Positions 37,809 to 48,102 of a DNA stretch of 64,000 nucleotides are shown piece after piece. The position numbers and the translations under genes were made by a program. The stretch's first letter is position 1; the number at the start of each line of letters is the position of its first letter. The notes under the pieces are model-generated. The model saw only the letters and a program-made list of their open reading frames with translations. It made no database searches and was not told where the DNA came from. This stretch comes from Fibrobacteria bacterium (GTDB lineage: Bacteria; Fibrobacterota; Fibrobacteria; UBA11236), in contig JAYTSD010000050.1 in the NCBI GenBank assembly GCA_043745805.1, positions 1 through 64,000 on the forward strand, read 5' to 3'.

Positions 37809-38015
37809 ATTCCTCCTTTCATTTCATGATTTTTGGAATTTATCCAAGAATCAAAAAGCCGGACCCAAATTTAATTTTAACTCACCAATTATAAAGCGCT
37901 AATTTTTGCAACACCGGTCTTTAAGGGTTTTTTGCGTCAATCATTAGCCACAAGTGAAGGATAAATTTTAATGCGAAATCAAAAATGATCAATTAGGATT
38001 TAAATTTGCCACCCT

Positions 38016-38864
38016 ATGACTACTCGAATACACATTGATATCGCTCCCAAATCCCAAACCTTCTCGCTTAATCGCCGCTTTGATAGAACGGCACGTTTAG
38101 TAGGCGAAAGTAATATGGAATTATTGCAAAAGGCGCATATAGCCATTATTGGTTTGGGAGGCGTAGGATCATTTGTAATGGAAGCCTTAGTGCGCACGGG
38201 CATTGGGGAAATAACTTTAGTCGATCATGATTTAGTCTGCACCACCAACACCAATAGACAATTGCAAGCGGTGAATGGCGCACCAGGACAAGCTAAGGTC
38301 ACGCTTTTATATGAAAGAGCTTTATCCATTAATCCCAAAGTTAAAGTGCATGCGAAGCAAATGTTTTATGAAGCGGATAATAGCGAAGAAATTTTACAGC
38401 CTAAATTTACCTGCATCATTGATGCCATTGATAATATGGCGGCCAAGGTGCATTTAATCCATACCTGTATGCAAAAGCAATTACCCTTGATAGTGTGTTT
38501 AGGAGCCGCAGGAAAAATCGATCCCACGGCGGTGCGTGTTACGGATTTAGGTTTGACGCAAGTGGATCCGGTGGGTCGTTGGATGCGTAAAGCCTTGCGC
38601 CGTAAATATGGGCATAGCAATACCACGCATTTCGGTATTCCTGCAGTATATTCACCCGAGCAACCACGCGCTTCTATTCCTTTAACCTATGATCAAGGCG
38701 ATCCACAATGTGTATGTCCTCATGGTGAAGATGAAAAGAATGCTTGTGTTTCGCGCAATGTGGTAGAGGGTTCAGTGATGATGGTGACAGCTGCCTTCGG
38801 AATGGCCGCAGCGGCAGAAGCGGTGAAAATTATTACGGGGTTGAAACCGGTTTATTTGCAATAA
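38016..38864 (+). CDS. tcdA: tRNA threonylcarbamoyladenosine dehydratase (ThiF family)
   Basis: GLGGVGS, D.D.VC.TN.NRQ, DAID..AK, GAAGKIDP, VYSPE. Confidence 0.85.
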   Translation: MTTRIHIDIAPKSQTFSLNRRFDRTARLVGESNMELLQKAHIAIIGLGGVGSFVMEALVRTGIGEITLVDHDLVCTTNTNRQLQAVNGAPGQAKVTLLYERALSINPKVKVHAKQMFYEADNSEEILQPKFTCIIDAIDNMAAKVHLIHTCMQKQLPLIVCLGAAGKIDPTAVRVTDLGLTQVDPVGRWMRKALRRKYGHSNTTHFGIPAVYSPEQPRASIPLTYDQGDPQCVCPHGEDEKNACVSRNVVEGSVMMVTAAFGMAAAAEAVKIITGLKPVYLQ

Positions 38865-38866
38865 AC

Positions 38867-39043
38867 TAGGACAACGCTCAATCCCGCCTCAAGCCGATGA
38901 ATCGAGAGAAGTGGGATGAACTTGATAAATCCATAGATGACGTTTTGAGGAGTTTACGTGCAAGTCAGCAGGACCGTAGCGCCTGTTCAATAACCCTTAA
39001 TTCCTTGCGTTTTTTACTCGACTCGCTTAATTCCATCAAATAA
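38867..39043 (+). pseudogene. 3' gene fragment (helical C-terminal domain recalled from COG4705-type membrane proteins)
   Basis: (TAG in place of W)DNAQSRLKPMNREKWDELDKSIDDVLRSLRA...ACS..L* ; no 5' part. Confidence 0.5.
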
Positions 39044-39166
39044 CATGCAATTTTAGTTCCTTACTGTTTACACTCGTAAACGATTTCTTATGAAATTCTA
39101 CTTGTATTATATCATTTATATTCAGTAGTATTTAGCTTTCTGTTTACATGAACAGGACTATTTCAC

Positions 39167-39994
39167 ATGCTTTCCATATTTGATTACTCCGACTATCGGC
39201 AGTTTATCAAAGATTATTATGCGGGGCATAAAACTCTTAATCCGTCTTTTTCATTTCGTTATTTAGCGCAAAAAGCAGGTATAAATTCCGCTCCTTTTTT
39301 CAAATTTATTATTGAGGGAAAAAGGAATCTCACCAAAGCTACCTTACTTAAAACCTGTGTCGCTTTAAAATTAAATGATCGCGAAGCCGAATATTTTGAA
39401 GACCTAGTTTTTTTCAATCAGGCCAAATCTGTTAAAGAAAAAAATCATTTTTTTGCAAAATTAATTTCGCAACAAAAACAAAAGAATGTCAAAAAAATTC
39501 TTGAGCATCAATATGCCTATTTCACGGAGTGGTACCATTGCGTGTTACGAGAATTGGTTTGCTTAAAAGATTTCAAAAATGATTATGTGAAGTTGGCGAA
39601 AACCATTTCCCCACCTATCACCGCGAAGCAGGCTGGGGATTCCATAAAATTATTACTGCAATTAGGATTAATCAAAATCGTCGATGGGCGCTATGTGCAA
39701 ACGGATTCCGTCATTTCTACTGGAAATAGCATCATGGCCCATCAAGTGATCAATTTTCAAATCAACATGTTGCATAAAGCCATCGAGGTCTTTAATCGTT
39801 GCGCCGTAGACGAACGTTTAACCTCGGCAACCACATTTAGTATCTCCGCAAAAACGTATGCTCTATTTGTGGAGAAGCTGCGCAAAATGCGTTCAGAATT
39901 ATTGGAAATGTCCAGGCAAGACGAAGCACCGGATACCATTTATGAACTCACCATGAATTTATTTCCTTTATCTCAATCTGGGGTAAAGTTATGA
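39167..39994 (+). CDS. TIGR02147/DUF4423 family putative transcriptional regulator
   Basis: IFDYSDYRQFIKDYY...FSFRYLA...GKRNL...LVFFNQA...EWYH..LREL...YELTMNLFPL. Confidence 0.9.
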   Translation: MLSIFDYSDYRQFIKDYYAGHKTLNPSFSFRYLAQKAGINSAPFFKFIIEGKRNLTKATLLKTCVALKLNDREAEYFEDLVFFNQAKSVKEKNHFFAKLISQQKQKNVKKILEHQYAYFTEWYHCVLRELVCLKDFKNDYVKLAKTISPPITAKQAGDSIKLLLQLGLIKIVDGRYVQTDSVISTGNSIMAHQVINFQINMLHKAIEVFNRCAVDERLTSATTFSISAKTYALFVEKLRKMRSELLEMSRQDEAPDTIYELTMNLFPLSQSGVKL

Positions 39995-40611
39995 AAGTAA
40001 TAAGCCAATATCTTTTGCTGTTAAGCCTGATTTTTGGGATGATCGCTTGTTCACGTAACACGCCGGTAGCAGGTACGGATACCGAAACGGGAGGAACAAA
40101 AGTTTCGGGAATTATTTTATCAGCCAACAAACTTCCAGTGGCAAGAGTTCGTGCCATGCTAATTCCTGCAACTTATAATCCCCTACAAGATGGGGCTATT
40201 CCCGATTCATTAGTCGACACGACAGATATTGAAGGGCGTTATACCTTTGCTGCAAAAGCAGGAAAGTATAATCTTGCCGCCGACCTAGATAGCTCCAACA
40301 TCCGACTTTTTATTCCGGACCTAATAATTATGGGAAAAAATTTTGTCATTAAAGCCGATACTTTGACGCGACCAGGTACCATCAACGTGACCTTGCCAGA
40401 TTCCTTAGGCAGTCTCGGTGGATTTGTTTTTTTAACGGGAACGACTATAAAAAAAATAGTACCCATTGGCGAGACAAAGATCATTTTAGACTCAGTTCCT
40501 CAAGCAATCTATCCAGAGCTTAAATTTTCTAATATCGCAGGTAACAAAATCGTTACACTGTTAAATAATGTTCCCGTTGATCCGCCTGATACACTTGCGG
40601 TAGCGCGTTGA
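39991..40611 (+). CDS. Lipoprotein with carboxypeptidase-regulatory-like domains
   Basis: Lipobox MIAC, AGTDTETG, DTTDIEGRYTF; typical partner of TIGR02147 genes. Confidence 0.75.
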   Translation: MKVISQYLLLLSLIFGMIACSRNTPVAGTDTETGGTKVSGIILSANKLPVARVRAMLIPATYNPLQDGAIPDSLVDTTDIEGRYTFAAKAGKYNLAADLDSSNIRLFIPDLIIMGKNFVIKADTLTRPGTINVTLPDSLGSLGGFVFLTGTTIKKIVPIGETKIILDSVPQAIYPELKFSNIAGNKIVTLLNNVPVDPPDTLAVAR

Positions 40612-40732
40612 AATGGAACATGTTGATGAGGCCATATCTTTAGGGGACATTGGGGGTAACATAAAGAAATCAAAATGGTTTAAATACTCTTCGCTTTAAA
40701 ATTCAATTAAAAATCAAGAAATCAAATATCTT

Positions 40733-41959
40733 ATGGGGAAAACTATGCCTAAAAATAATTACACTTTAAAAAATATTGGCTGGGTTGTAGCCTTGATGGC
40801 CGTAAATTTTTGTTCACAGCATGCGTATGCGAATTGGGTTCATACCGGTCACGATAGCACGGGGAATGTGAATTGCTTTGATGTCATCGGGAATAAACTT
40901 TTAGCTGCCACCACAAGTGGACTTTTTATAAGTACGAATAATGGTAATTCCTGGGATTCGGCAACTGGACTTCCCGCCTCGGATGTCATTACTTTAGAAA
41001 CCTTGGGTAATAAAGAGTTTGCCGGAACAGATGGCGATGGAATTTATGTAAGTGCCGATAGTGGTAAAACGTGGGCGGCGGCGAATACTGGGGTAACCGA
41101 CATGTTCATTCATTCTTTTGTCGTTAAAGGCACTAGTTTATTTGCTGGCGGCGTTCGTGGGGGTGTTTTTCTTAGCACCAATAATGGAACAAGCTGGAGT
41201 GCAGTTAATACCGGATTGGCAACACTTTCGGTAGTCTCATTTCTTGTAGATGGAAATAATTTATTGGCCTTTCTAGTCAACGGAACTTTATATAAAAGCA
41301 CTAATAATGGAACCAGTTGGACGGATATGAATGCGGGCCTCCCTCCTCTGGAATTTGTTGGTTATGCAGACGGCAGTACATTGTATGCGGGATCGGCTGG
41401 ATATCTAATGAAAAGTATTAATGGAGGAAGTACTTGGACCTCCGTGTTTGCCAATCTTCCTGCCAATGAAGAAATTGGTGCTATTGATAAATCGGGGAGT
41501 AACTTACTGGTTGCGGTGGATAATGGGGGAATTGGATTGTCGAAAGATAATGGCGTTTCATGGAGTTTGCAAAATACGGGCTTAACCAATACCCATGTTT
41601 TCACTTTATTGGTTTACGGCAATAATGTTTTTGTAGGAACATTAGGCGCAGGCATGTGGGTAAGGCCTTTAGCTGAAGTGCTTGCAGGTTCAGGGATCAA
41701 AAGTGTGGGAGCAAAGCAAAAGTCATCTTTGCAATTGGACAAAGGAAGAGTCAGCTTCACATTGGCCCAAGCTTCACCGTTTTCTTTAACGCTTTGCAAC
41801 TTACAAGGCCAAACCATCAAGACTTTGAGCCAAGGATGGGAAATAGCCGGTCAACATACTTTCCCTCTTCAAACATTTGGAATGCAAGCAGGAATTTATG
41901 TATTGGAATTCAAAACGGATGCTTTGCAACTGCAACAAAAAATCTCCATAGAAAAATAA
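40733..41959 (+). CDS. Secreted Asp-box/BNR beta-propeller protein with C-terminal sorting domain (paralog 1)
   Basis: Repeated S.DNG.SW motifs, signal peptide, CNLQGQ...GIY tail. Confidence 0.85.
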   Translation: MGKTMPKNNYTLKNIGWVVALMAVNFCSQHAYANWVHTGHDSTGNVNCFDVIGNKLLAATTSGLFISTNNGNSWDSATGLPASDVITLETLGNKEFAGTDGDGIYVSADSGKTWAAANTGVTDMFIHSFVVKGTSLFAGGVRGGVFLSTNNGTSWSAVNTGLATLSVVSFLVDGNNLLAFLVNGTLYKSTNNGTSWTDMNAGLPPLEFVGYADGSTLYAGSAGYLMKSINGGSTWTSVFANLPANEEIGAIDKSGSNLLVAVDNGGIGLSKDNGVSWSLQNTGLTNTHVFTLLVYGNNVFVGTLGAGMWVRPLAEVLAGSGIKSVGAKQKSSLQLDKGRVSFTLAQASPFSLTLCNLQGQTIKTLSQGWEIAGQHTFPLQTFGMQAGIYVLEFKTDALQLQQKISIEK

Positions 41960-42016
41960 TTCGTCAGCAAAATATTAAGTAGAAGCAAAATAAAATAATA
42001 GTAATCACAATTATTA

Positions 42017-43249
42017 ATGGATTTAGGAAATAATATGTTTAAAAAAAATATCATTTATAGCGCGGTTATTTTTATAATGGCCGCTCTTTTGCCGCAAGTA
42101 GTGTGTGCCTATTGGGTAAAGGGTAAGGGACTAGACACGATTGATGTTTACAGTTTTGCTATCAAAGGCACAACGTTATTGGCATCCACCAAGGAAGGTG
42201 TATACAAAAGCATCGACAATGGCCTCAACTGGAAAGTTTCTAAAACTGGATTGCCCACAAGCAAAGTGCAAGCCTTTGCGGTATTAGATAGTTCCTTTTT
42301 AGCAGGCACGGTGGGCGATGGGATTTATCGTAGCGCGGATAGTGGTGCAACATGGAAAAAATCAGATTCGGGATTATCCAATGTTTTTGTCAGTGCCTTA
42401 GCCGTCATTGGAAATAATGTTTTTGCGGGAACCGGATTAGGTGGCGTCAGTTTAAGTACGGACAAAGGATTAACCTGGAAACCTATGAATAATGGATTAA
42501 CAAATTTATTTGTGTATTCATTTATTGTGGACGGCACTAAATTATTTGCCTTAAGTAATATTGGCGACGTGCATGTGAGCTTGGATTCGGCTAAACATTG
42601 GGCTGTTATTCCTACAAATCTTCCCCCTTCAGATTGGCCGGGCGTTGCGGTGCTTGGGAATCAATTTTTTATCGGGACGGATGGGGATATTTTCCGCGGA
42701 AGCAATGATGGAAGAATTTGGACTTCCGTATACTCTAATCTTCCCGCGAATCAAGAGGTTTCGGCATTAAGGGTAATCGGTAATAATTTACTAGTGGCCT
42801 TGGATGCGGGCGGTGTTTTTCTGTCTAAAGATAGCGGAGATAGTTGGGTGGCGGTAAACGCCGGAGTTACTAATGTGCAAACCGAGGCTTTATCAGTGGG
42901 CCAGGGTTATGTATTCGCGGGAACTTTAGGAGCCGGAGCATGGAGAAGACCTATTGCCGAGGTGATTAGTGGAACCGATAAAATTCAAAATTATTCTAAA
43001 AATGCGACACCCTTCAAAGTGCACTTTTCACAAAATAGTTTGCACTATAAGTTGTTGAGTGAAAATAATGTTGCGCTTAATGTTTTTGATTTGCAAGGTA
43101 AAATGGTTTATCAATTAAAAACCAAAAACCAAAAAGTAGGCATCTATACGTGGTCATGGACGGAATTGCCTCTATATGCGGGACAATATGTTGTGCAATT
43201 AAGTATTGCCGACATGCTATTTCAAAACATAGTCAGCGTTTACAAATAA
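42017..43249 (+). CDS. Secreted BNR beta-propeller protein (paralog 2)
   Basis: S.D.G.TW repeats; FDLQGK...GQY tail. Confidence 0.85.
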   Translation: MDLGNNMFKKNIIYSAVIFIMAALLPQVVCAYWVKGKGLDTIDVYSFAIKGTTLLASTKEGVYKSIDNGLNWKVSKTGLPTSKVQAFAVLDSSFLAGTVGDGIYRSADSGATWKKSDSGLSNVFVSALAVIGNNVFAGTGLGGVSLSTDKGLTWKPMNNGLTNLFVYSFIVDGTKLFALSNIGDVHVSLDSAKHWAVIPTNLPPSDWPGVAVLGNQFFIGTDGDIFRGSNDGRIWTSVYSNLPANQEVSALRVIGNNLLVALDAGGVFLSKDSGDSWVAVNAGVTNVQTEALSVGQGYVFAGTLGAGAWRRPIAEVISGTDKIQNYSKNATPFKVHFSQNSLHYKLLSENNVALNVFDLQGKMVYQLKTKNQKVGIYTWSWTELPLYAGQYVVQLSIADMLFQNIVSVYK

Positions 43250-43278
43250 TATCATACACGATTAATATGGGGTTAAAA

Positions 43279-44478
43279 ATGAAACACAATAAAAACATTT
43301 TTCGAATAGGATTAGCTATGATCACATCACTACTCTCTATTATACATGCGGATTGGACGGCGATAACGGGGATTACCGCTAGAAACGCGTCCGCCTTTGC
43401 CACAAATGGTACCAATCTGTACGCAGGCACAGATGCCGGAATGTATTTAAGTACTAATGAGGGAGCTACATGGACGGCCATCAATAGCGGATTGAGTAAC
43501 TTAAATGTAACCTGTATCCAAACTATTACTGGCGCCGTATTTGCTGGTACCATGGGCGGTGGGGTATTTGTCTCCACTAATAATGGAAGTGGTTGGACGG
43601 CGGTTAATGCCGGATTGTCCGATTTAAACATTATGTCCCTAGCTGCTTTTGGTAATAAAGTATATGTGGGATCCGATGGCGGCGGCGTTTCCTATACCAC
43701 CAACAACGGAAGCACATGGACCACTGTAAACGCTGGAATTGTTAATAAACATATTACTTCTTTTGCTACCAGTGGAAATAATTTATTTGCATTAACCGAT
43801 GGCGGAGCTTCGCTTTTGGTGAATGGATCCACAACTTGGACAGTGATTAATTCAGGTTTCGTAAATGTGATCGACTATACTGTACTCACCACTAGTGGTA
43901 CTAATATTTTTGCGGGTACAGATAAGGGAGTATTTGTGACTTCCAATAATGGAGCGAGTTGGAGCCTCATGATTTCCGGTTTAACCAATACTAATGCAAC
44001 CGCTTTAGCCTCTAACGCAGGAACCGTTTTTGTAGGAACCGATATTGGTGTTTTTTTAAGTAAAAATAATGGAGCGACGTGGGCTCCAGCAACTGCGGGT
44101 TTAGTGAGTACCCCAATAATCGCTTTAGCCGTGAGCGGAACTTCATTGTTGGCTGGAACTACGGGCATTGGTGTTTTACGAAGACCTCTTTCTGAAATGG
44201 CAAATTCCGACGGAATTGCAATGACACAAAGAGAATTGTTAGATTTTAAAGTGTCCATCAATCAACAAAATCTTTATTATTTTTTACCCCGTAACACCTC
44301 AGTTACTTTTAAAGTATTTGATATTAAGGGTAATTTACGAGTCAAAGCAGTGAAAGAGTCGGTTCTTGGTCAAAATTCTTTAGCGATTAAGAGTTGGAAT
44401 TTGCCAACGGGAAAATATCTTTTAGATTTCACTACAGCGTCTTTTAAAACGTATAAAAGATTGGTTATCACACCTTAA
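43279..44478 (+). CDS. Secreted BNR beta-propeller protein (paralog 3)
   Basis: STNNG.TW repeats; FDIKGN...GKY tail; start reassigned to MKHNK. Confidence 0.85.
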   Translation: MKHNKNIFRIGLAMITSLLSIIHADWTAITGITARNASAFATNGTNLYAGTDAGMYLSTNEGATWTAINSGLSNLNVTCIQTITGAVFAGTMGGGVFVSTNNGSGWTAVNAGLSDLNIMSLAAFGNKVYVGSDGGGVSYTTNNGSTWTTVNAGIVNKHITSFATSGNNLFALTDGGASLLVNGSTTWTVINSGFVNVIDYTVLTTSGTNIFAGTDKGVFVTSNNGASWSLMISGLTNTNATALASNAGTVFVGTDIGVFLSKNNGATWAPATAGLVSTPIIALAVSGTSLLAGTTGIGVLRRPLSEMANSDGIAMTQRELLDFKVSINQQNLYYFLPRNTSVTFKVFDIKGNLRVKAVKESVLGQNSLAIKSWNLPTGKYLLDFTTASFKTYKRLVITP

Positions 44479-44578
44479 AAGAGATATCACTTTAAGTTCT
44501 CCATAAATGTTCTCCTAAAGCTTAAATTTCTTTATGGGATTTTTCCCCGATAGGCGTTAAAATGAGTAAGGAGTACTC

Positions 44579-46009
44579 ATGTTTATTCGCCTCGCGGTGG
44601 CTTTTATATTTACGATTTTATGCACGCATTGTGCCTCTCCTAAGCGCTTGCATATGGTGGTGAAAATGCGTTTGGCACAAGAAAATGATTTTCACAAAAA
44701 CGTTTTACGACCTTTTGAAAAAAGTCACAATTGCAAAATCATCATGCAAACCTATACGGACAATAAAAATTTGCAAGAGATTTTAGATAAAAATGGGGAT
44801 TCGCTAGATTTAATTAATATGCCACTAGAACTTATGCGTTTTGGGGTAACCCAAAATAAAATTCTTGCCTTAGATAAAATTTTAACTCCTGAAGAAGGGG
44901 CTGAAATTAAGAAAGAATATTTCTTAACGGATTTAGCACGTATTGGCGGACATACTTATTTTATTCCGCGCCAATTAGAAACACCTTTATTGATTTATTC
45001 GAAAGCGCAAGTGCAAGAGGCCGTACAATTTTGGGAAAATGATCGAGAGAGTATTGAGCGCGTCTTAGTAAAAGCCAATGGACAAGGACTGCCTAAACCC
45101 TATCAATTAGAAAAAGATCCTAATGAATGGGATTTTTATGATTTATTTGTGGTGGGTGTTTATTGGAGAAATAAAGAAATTCATGGGCAAAAAAAAGGGC
45201 GTATCGCTATCGGTTCAGCGTGGCCACAGGCTTTAATGGATATGGCTTATCTTTCAGGTGCCAAGCCAGAAGAGGTAATGCGTTTACGGGAACTCGCTAT
45301 TGTAGATATGTTTCAATGGCAATCACTTTTTGTGCGTGAAGGAATTTTTCCAGCAATGTTGATGCGAGAGAATTGGGGATCGAATGAATTATTTAAAGCT
45401 TGGCAAAGCGGTGATATTTTCTTGTCCTTTATGTCACAACAAGATTTTTTTTGGTTGCATGGAAATGGAACATCTGAAATTCCTGGAGTAATAAAAGATC
45501 TGAATGATATTGGGGTTGCGCGTATGCCTAAAGGGTTGTCTTTAATGCAAGAGCCTAGTGGAAAGCCATTGCGTCAAGGAGGGCGTAATGTATGCACGCG
45601 TAGTACTTGGTGGGGAGTAGGTGCGAAAAGCCAAACTCCCATGATAGCCTATGAATTAGCCCATTATTTAACCAGTACCAAAAATCAAATCATGGAAAGC
45701 TCGGCTTATGGCATTATCCCTGCAAGACAAGATTTATTAGGCGAATTGGGATTGATGTTTGGTGGCGGCTGGATGTCCGATTTTTTCAGTATTACTTCGC
45801 AACAATTAGTAGAAAATCGCTTTACCCTCTTTCCGTTGGTGGATGATTATGAAGTGATGGATAGAACTTATATGGAGGCTTTACAGGAGTTTGGACAAGT
45901 AAGCCGAAATCAAAAATGGGGATTTGTAGAAATCGAAAAAACCTTACAAGAAAAATATATTCCTCGCCTGCAATCTATTGCTCGCCCCGTTTCTGCGGCT
46001 AGATTTTAG
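44579..46009 (+). CDS. Extracellular solute-binding protein (ABC family 1-like), probable lipoprotein
   Basis: Signal peptide with Cys, FEKSHNCKI, YFIP...LIYSK; no permease adjacent. Confidence 0.65.
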   Translation: MFIRLAVAFIFTILCTHCASPKRLHMVVKMRLAQENDFHKNVLRPFEKSHNCKIIMQTYTDNKNLQEILDKNGDSLDLINMPLELMRFGVTQNKILALDKILTPEEGAEIKKEYFLTDLARIGGHTYFIPRQLETPLLIYSKAQVQEAVQFWENDRESIERVLVKANGQGLPKPYQLEKDPNEWDFYDLFVVGVYWRNKEIHGQKKGRIAIGSAWPQALMDMAYLSGAKPEEVMRLRELAIVDMFQWQSLFVREGIFPAMLMRENWGSNELFKAWQSGDIFLSFMSQQDFFWLHGNGTSEIPGVIKDLNDIGVARMPKGLSLMQEPSGKPLRQGGRNVCTRSTWWGVGAKSQTPMIAYELAHYLTSTKNQIMESSAYGIIPARQDLLGELGLMFGGGWMSDFFSITSQQLVENRFTLFPLVDDYEVMDRTYMEALQEFGQVSRNQKWGFVEIEKTLQEKYIPRLQSIARPVSAARF

Positions 46010-46139
46010 GTTTTTTGTTTGAATAACTAATCTGATTTTAAAAAACCCAACTTTCCTCAGTTTTTCGCCGCAAAAGTTACGGAGTTTAGCTCCCTCAATT
46101 TAACTTTTCTTTCCTTCATGATTTAACCAGGATTTTTCC

Positions 46140-46592
46140 ATGTCACAAGATAAATTGGAACAGCTCTTTGCTTTGCAAAGTGAACTCAATGATCGCATAT
46201 TCGTCAAAAAAGATCTTCGCGATCGCGAAGGCAAAACTTTGACTATGGCTACGCTCACAGCCGAGGCGCAGGGAGACGCATTAGGTCCCAACTCTTTAGT
46301 GAATGAATGGTTGGGGAAATATTTACAAGCCCTAGATGACGAATCACGCGAGTTACGGGATGAATTGTTATGGAAATGGTGGTCTAAGGATCATTTGAAT
46401 ATGCAGAATATTCGTGTGGAAATAATTGATCAATTACACTTTTGGATTTCTCTCGCTTTAACTTCGGGACTCGATGCTGAAAAAGTGTTTGGAATTTATA
46501 TGCAAAAGAATGCGATTAATCATCAGAGGCAAGAAAAAGATTATTCCAAAGCCAATAAAAATGAAGCAGATAATCAAAGCGTAAAAGCTTAA
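46140..46592 (+). CDS. Dimeric (all-alpha) dUTPase family protein
   Basis: LFALQSELN...ESREL...WKWW...EIIDQLHFWIS...YMQKNAINHQRQ..Y. Confidence 0.85.
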   Translation: MSQDKLEQLFALQSELNDRIFVKKDLRDREGKTLTMATLTAEAQGDALGPNSLVNEWLGKYLQALDDESRELRDELLWKWWSKDHLNMQNIRVEIIDQLHFWISLALTSGLDAEKVFGIYMQKNAINHQRQEKDYSKANKNEADNQSVKA

Positions 46593-46620
46593 GCTTTAGC
46601 TAAGTTATGCAAGCTGGCCA

Positions 46621-47559
46621 CTATAGTGTGGCCATTTCATTTTCACAATTGTTCGTACAGTCGTCATCCTTGCAAGGTCCTAATTGTAAGGTAATATGTT
46701 GAATGTGATATTCATGACGAAGTAATTGACTTAAAGTATTTAAAATGGTTTTTTCATTTAAGGTTCCTATGCGTAAAGCAATATGTGCACTTAAATAAAT
46801 ATCTCTTCCATTCATCGACCAAACATGTAAATCATGCACGCTTTCCACTTCCACTTGGGTTTTCAGTCGGGCGCGAACTTTTTCAATATCAAAGCCTTTG
46901 GGAGCCCCTTCTACTAAAATATGACTGCTGCGACGCATCACTCCAATTCCACCCCAGCCCACTACTAAAGCAATGAACAGGCTTAGTGAGGGATCGAGCC
47001 ATTGCCAGCCTTTCCATAAAATTCCAAGGGCCGCTACTATGGCGGCTAGGGACGAAAATAAATCTCCCCAAATATGCCATAGGGCACTTTCTTCATTCAG
47101 AGTCTTTTCATCTTCGCCATGATGTAATTTCCATGCCGCAAAAATATTCACTAATAAACCTATAACTGCAATTCCTAGCATGGATTTAGCCTGCACTATT
47201 TCGGGGCTGTATAGGCGTTGCGCCGCCTGCACGCAAATGAATAGTGCTAGTAACGTTAAGGTTAACCCATTTGCAAAGGCGGCCAACACTTCAAAGCGCT
47301 TATAACCAAAAGTTTTTTTGCCATCCGCTCGGCGTGTTCCTAAGGAAACGGCATAGGCGGAAAATCCTAAGGATAAAGCATCGGAAAGCATATGCAAGCC
47401 GTCGGAGATTAAAGCGAGTGAATGAAAAAGCCATCCTGTAACCATTTCCAACAACATAAAAGCAGTGATTAATGCAAAGATAAAACGCAAAGTATAAAAG
47501 GAGGTATGAGGTTGATGAGGCTCATGACCATCATGAGAATGTGTGTGTCCTGACCCCAT
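46621..47559 (-). CDS. Cation diffusion facilitator (CzcD/ZitB-like)
   Basis: His-rich N-terminus, SLALISDGLHMLSD, TFGYKRFEVL, HIWGD, HDLHVW, HITLQ. Confidence 0.93.
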   Translation of the reverse strand: MGSGHTHSHDGHEPHQPHTSFYTLRFIFALITAFMLLEMVTGWLFHSLALISDGLHMLSDALSLGFSAYAVSLGTRRADGKKTFGYKRFEVLAAFANGLTLTLLALFICVQAAQRLYSPEIVQAKSMLGIAVIGLLVNIFAAWKLHHGEDEKTLNEESALWHIWGDLFSSLAAIVAALGILWKGWQWLDPSLSLFIALVVGWGGIGVMRRSSHILVEGAPKGFDIEKVRARLKTQVEVESVHDLHVWSMNGRDIYLSAHIALRIGTLNEKTILNTLSQLLRHEYHIQHITLQLGPCKDDDCTNNCENEMATL

Positions 47560-47582
47560 AAGCTGATTATAGAATGTTAACC

Positions 47583-47939
47583 CTAGTGAGGCAAGCTCGG
47601 ATCCAAAGTTTGGACGCTTATGATATAATGAAAAATCGCTTCCGTTTCGCCGGTACTAAGATGTGCGCGTTCTCGCATATCGTGTAAAATAAGCGTCCAT
47701 TTGGGTTCGGAGTATTTTTTCACTGCTGGTATAAAATGGCAAGAAGAACAATTTTGGATATATAAAGCGCGATATTGTTTTAAACTATCGAGATTTGTTC
47801 CTGGCCAGCGTTTGGCTGCATAGTCGGAATGATAGGGCATCGGTTCGGGTGCTCTTCCGATAAACGAACAAGCTAAAAGCAGGTTGGCACTTATAATTGC
47901 CCCCAAAATTCGATTACACAATAAAATTTTTGCCCTCAT
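47583..47939 (-). CDS. Small c-type cytochrome lipoprotein
   Basis: Lipobox LLAC, CSSCH heme motif, W...L..M. Confidence 0.75.
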   Translation of the reverse strand: MRAKILLCNRILGAIISANLLLACSFIGRAPEPMPYHSDYAAKRWPGTNLDSLKQYRALYIQNCSSCHFIPAVKKYSEPKWTLILHDMRERAHLSTGETEAIFHYIISVQTLDPSLPH

Positions 47940-48102
47940 ATTGGTTTTCAAAGTAATCCGCTGAAACACTTTATACAAGCTAAGGAAACTCAATCCCCCT
48001 TAAAAATATCCAAGCTGAAATGGCAAAATGTTTTGTCTTGGGTTGAATGGGTGTTTTCTAGCTAATCTTTTTATCTTCTAGTTTTCTAGGCGAGGTCTTG
48101 CC

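Noticed and set aside
37809..38015. M-box riboswitch upstream of mgtE
   Set aside because: No recognisable conserved motif; short AT-rich divergent promoter region.
38865..39045. Possible 6S or other ncRNA after tcdA
   Set aside because: No long hairpin seen; better explained as a coding remnant.
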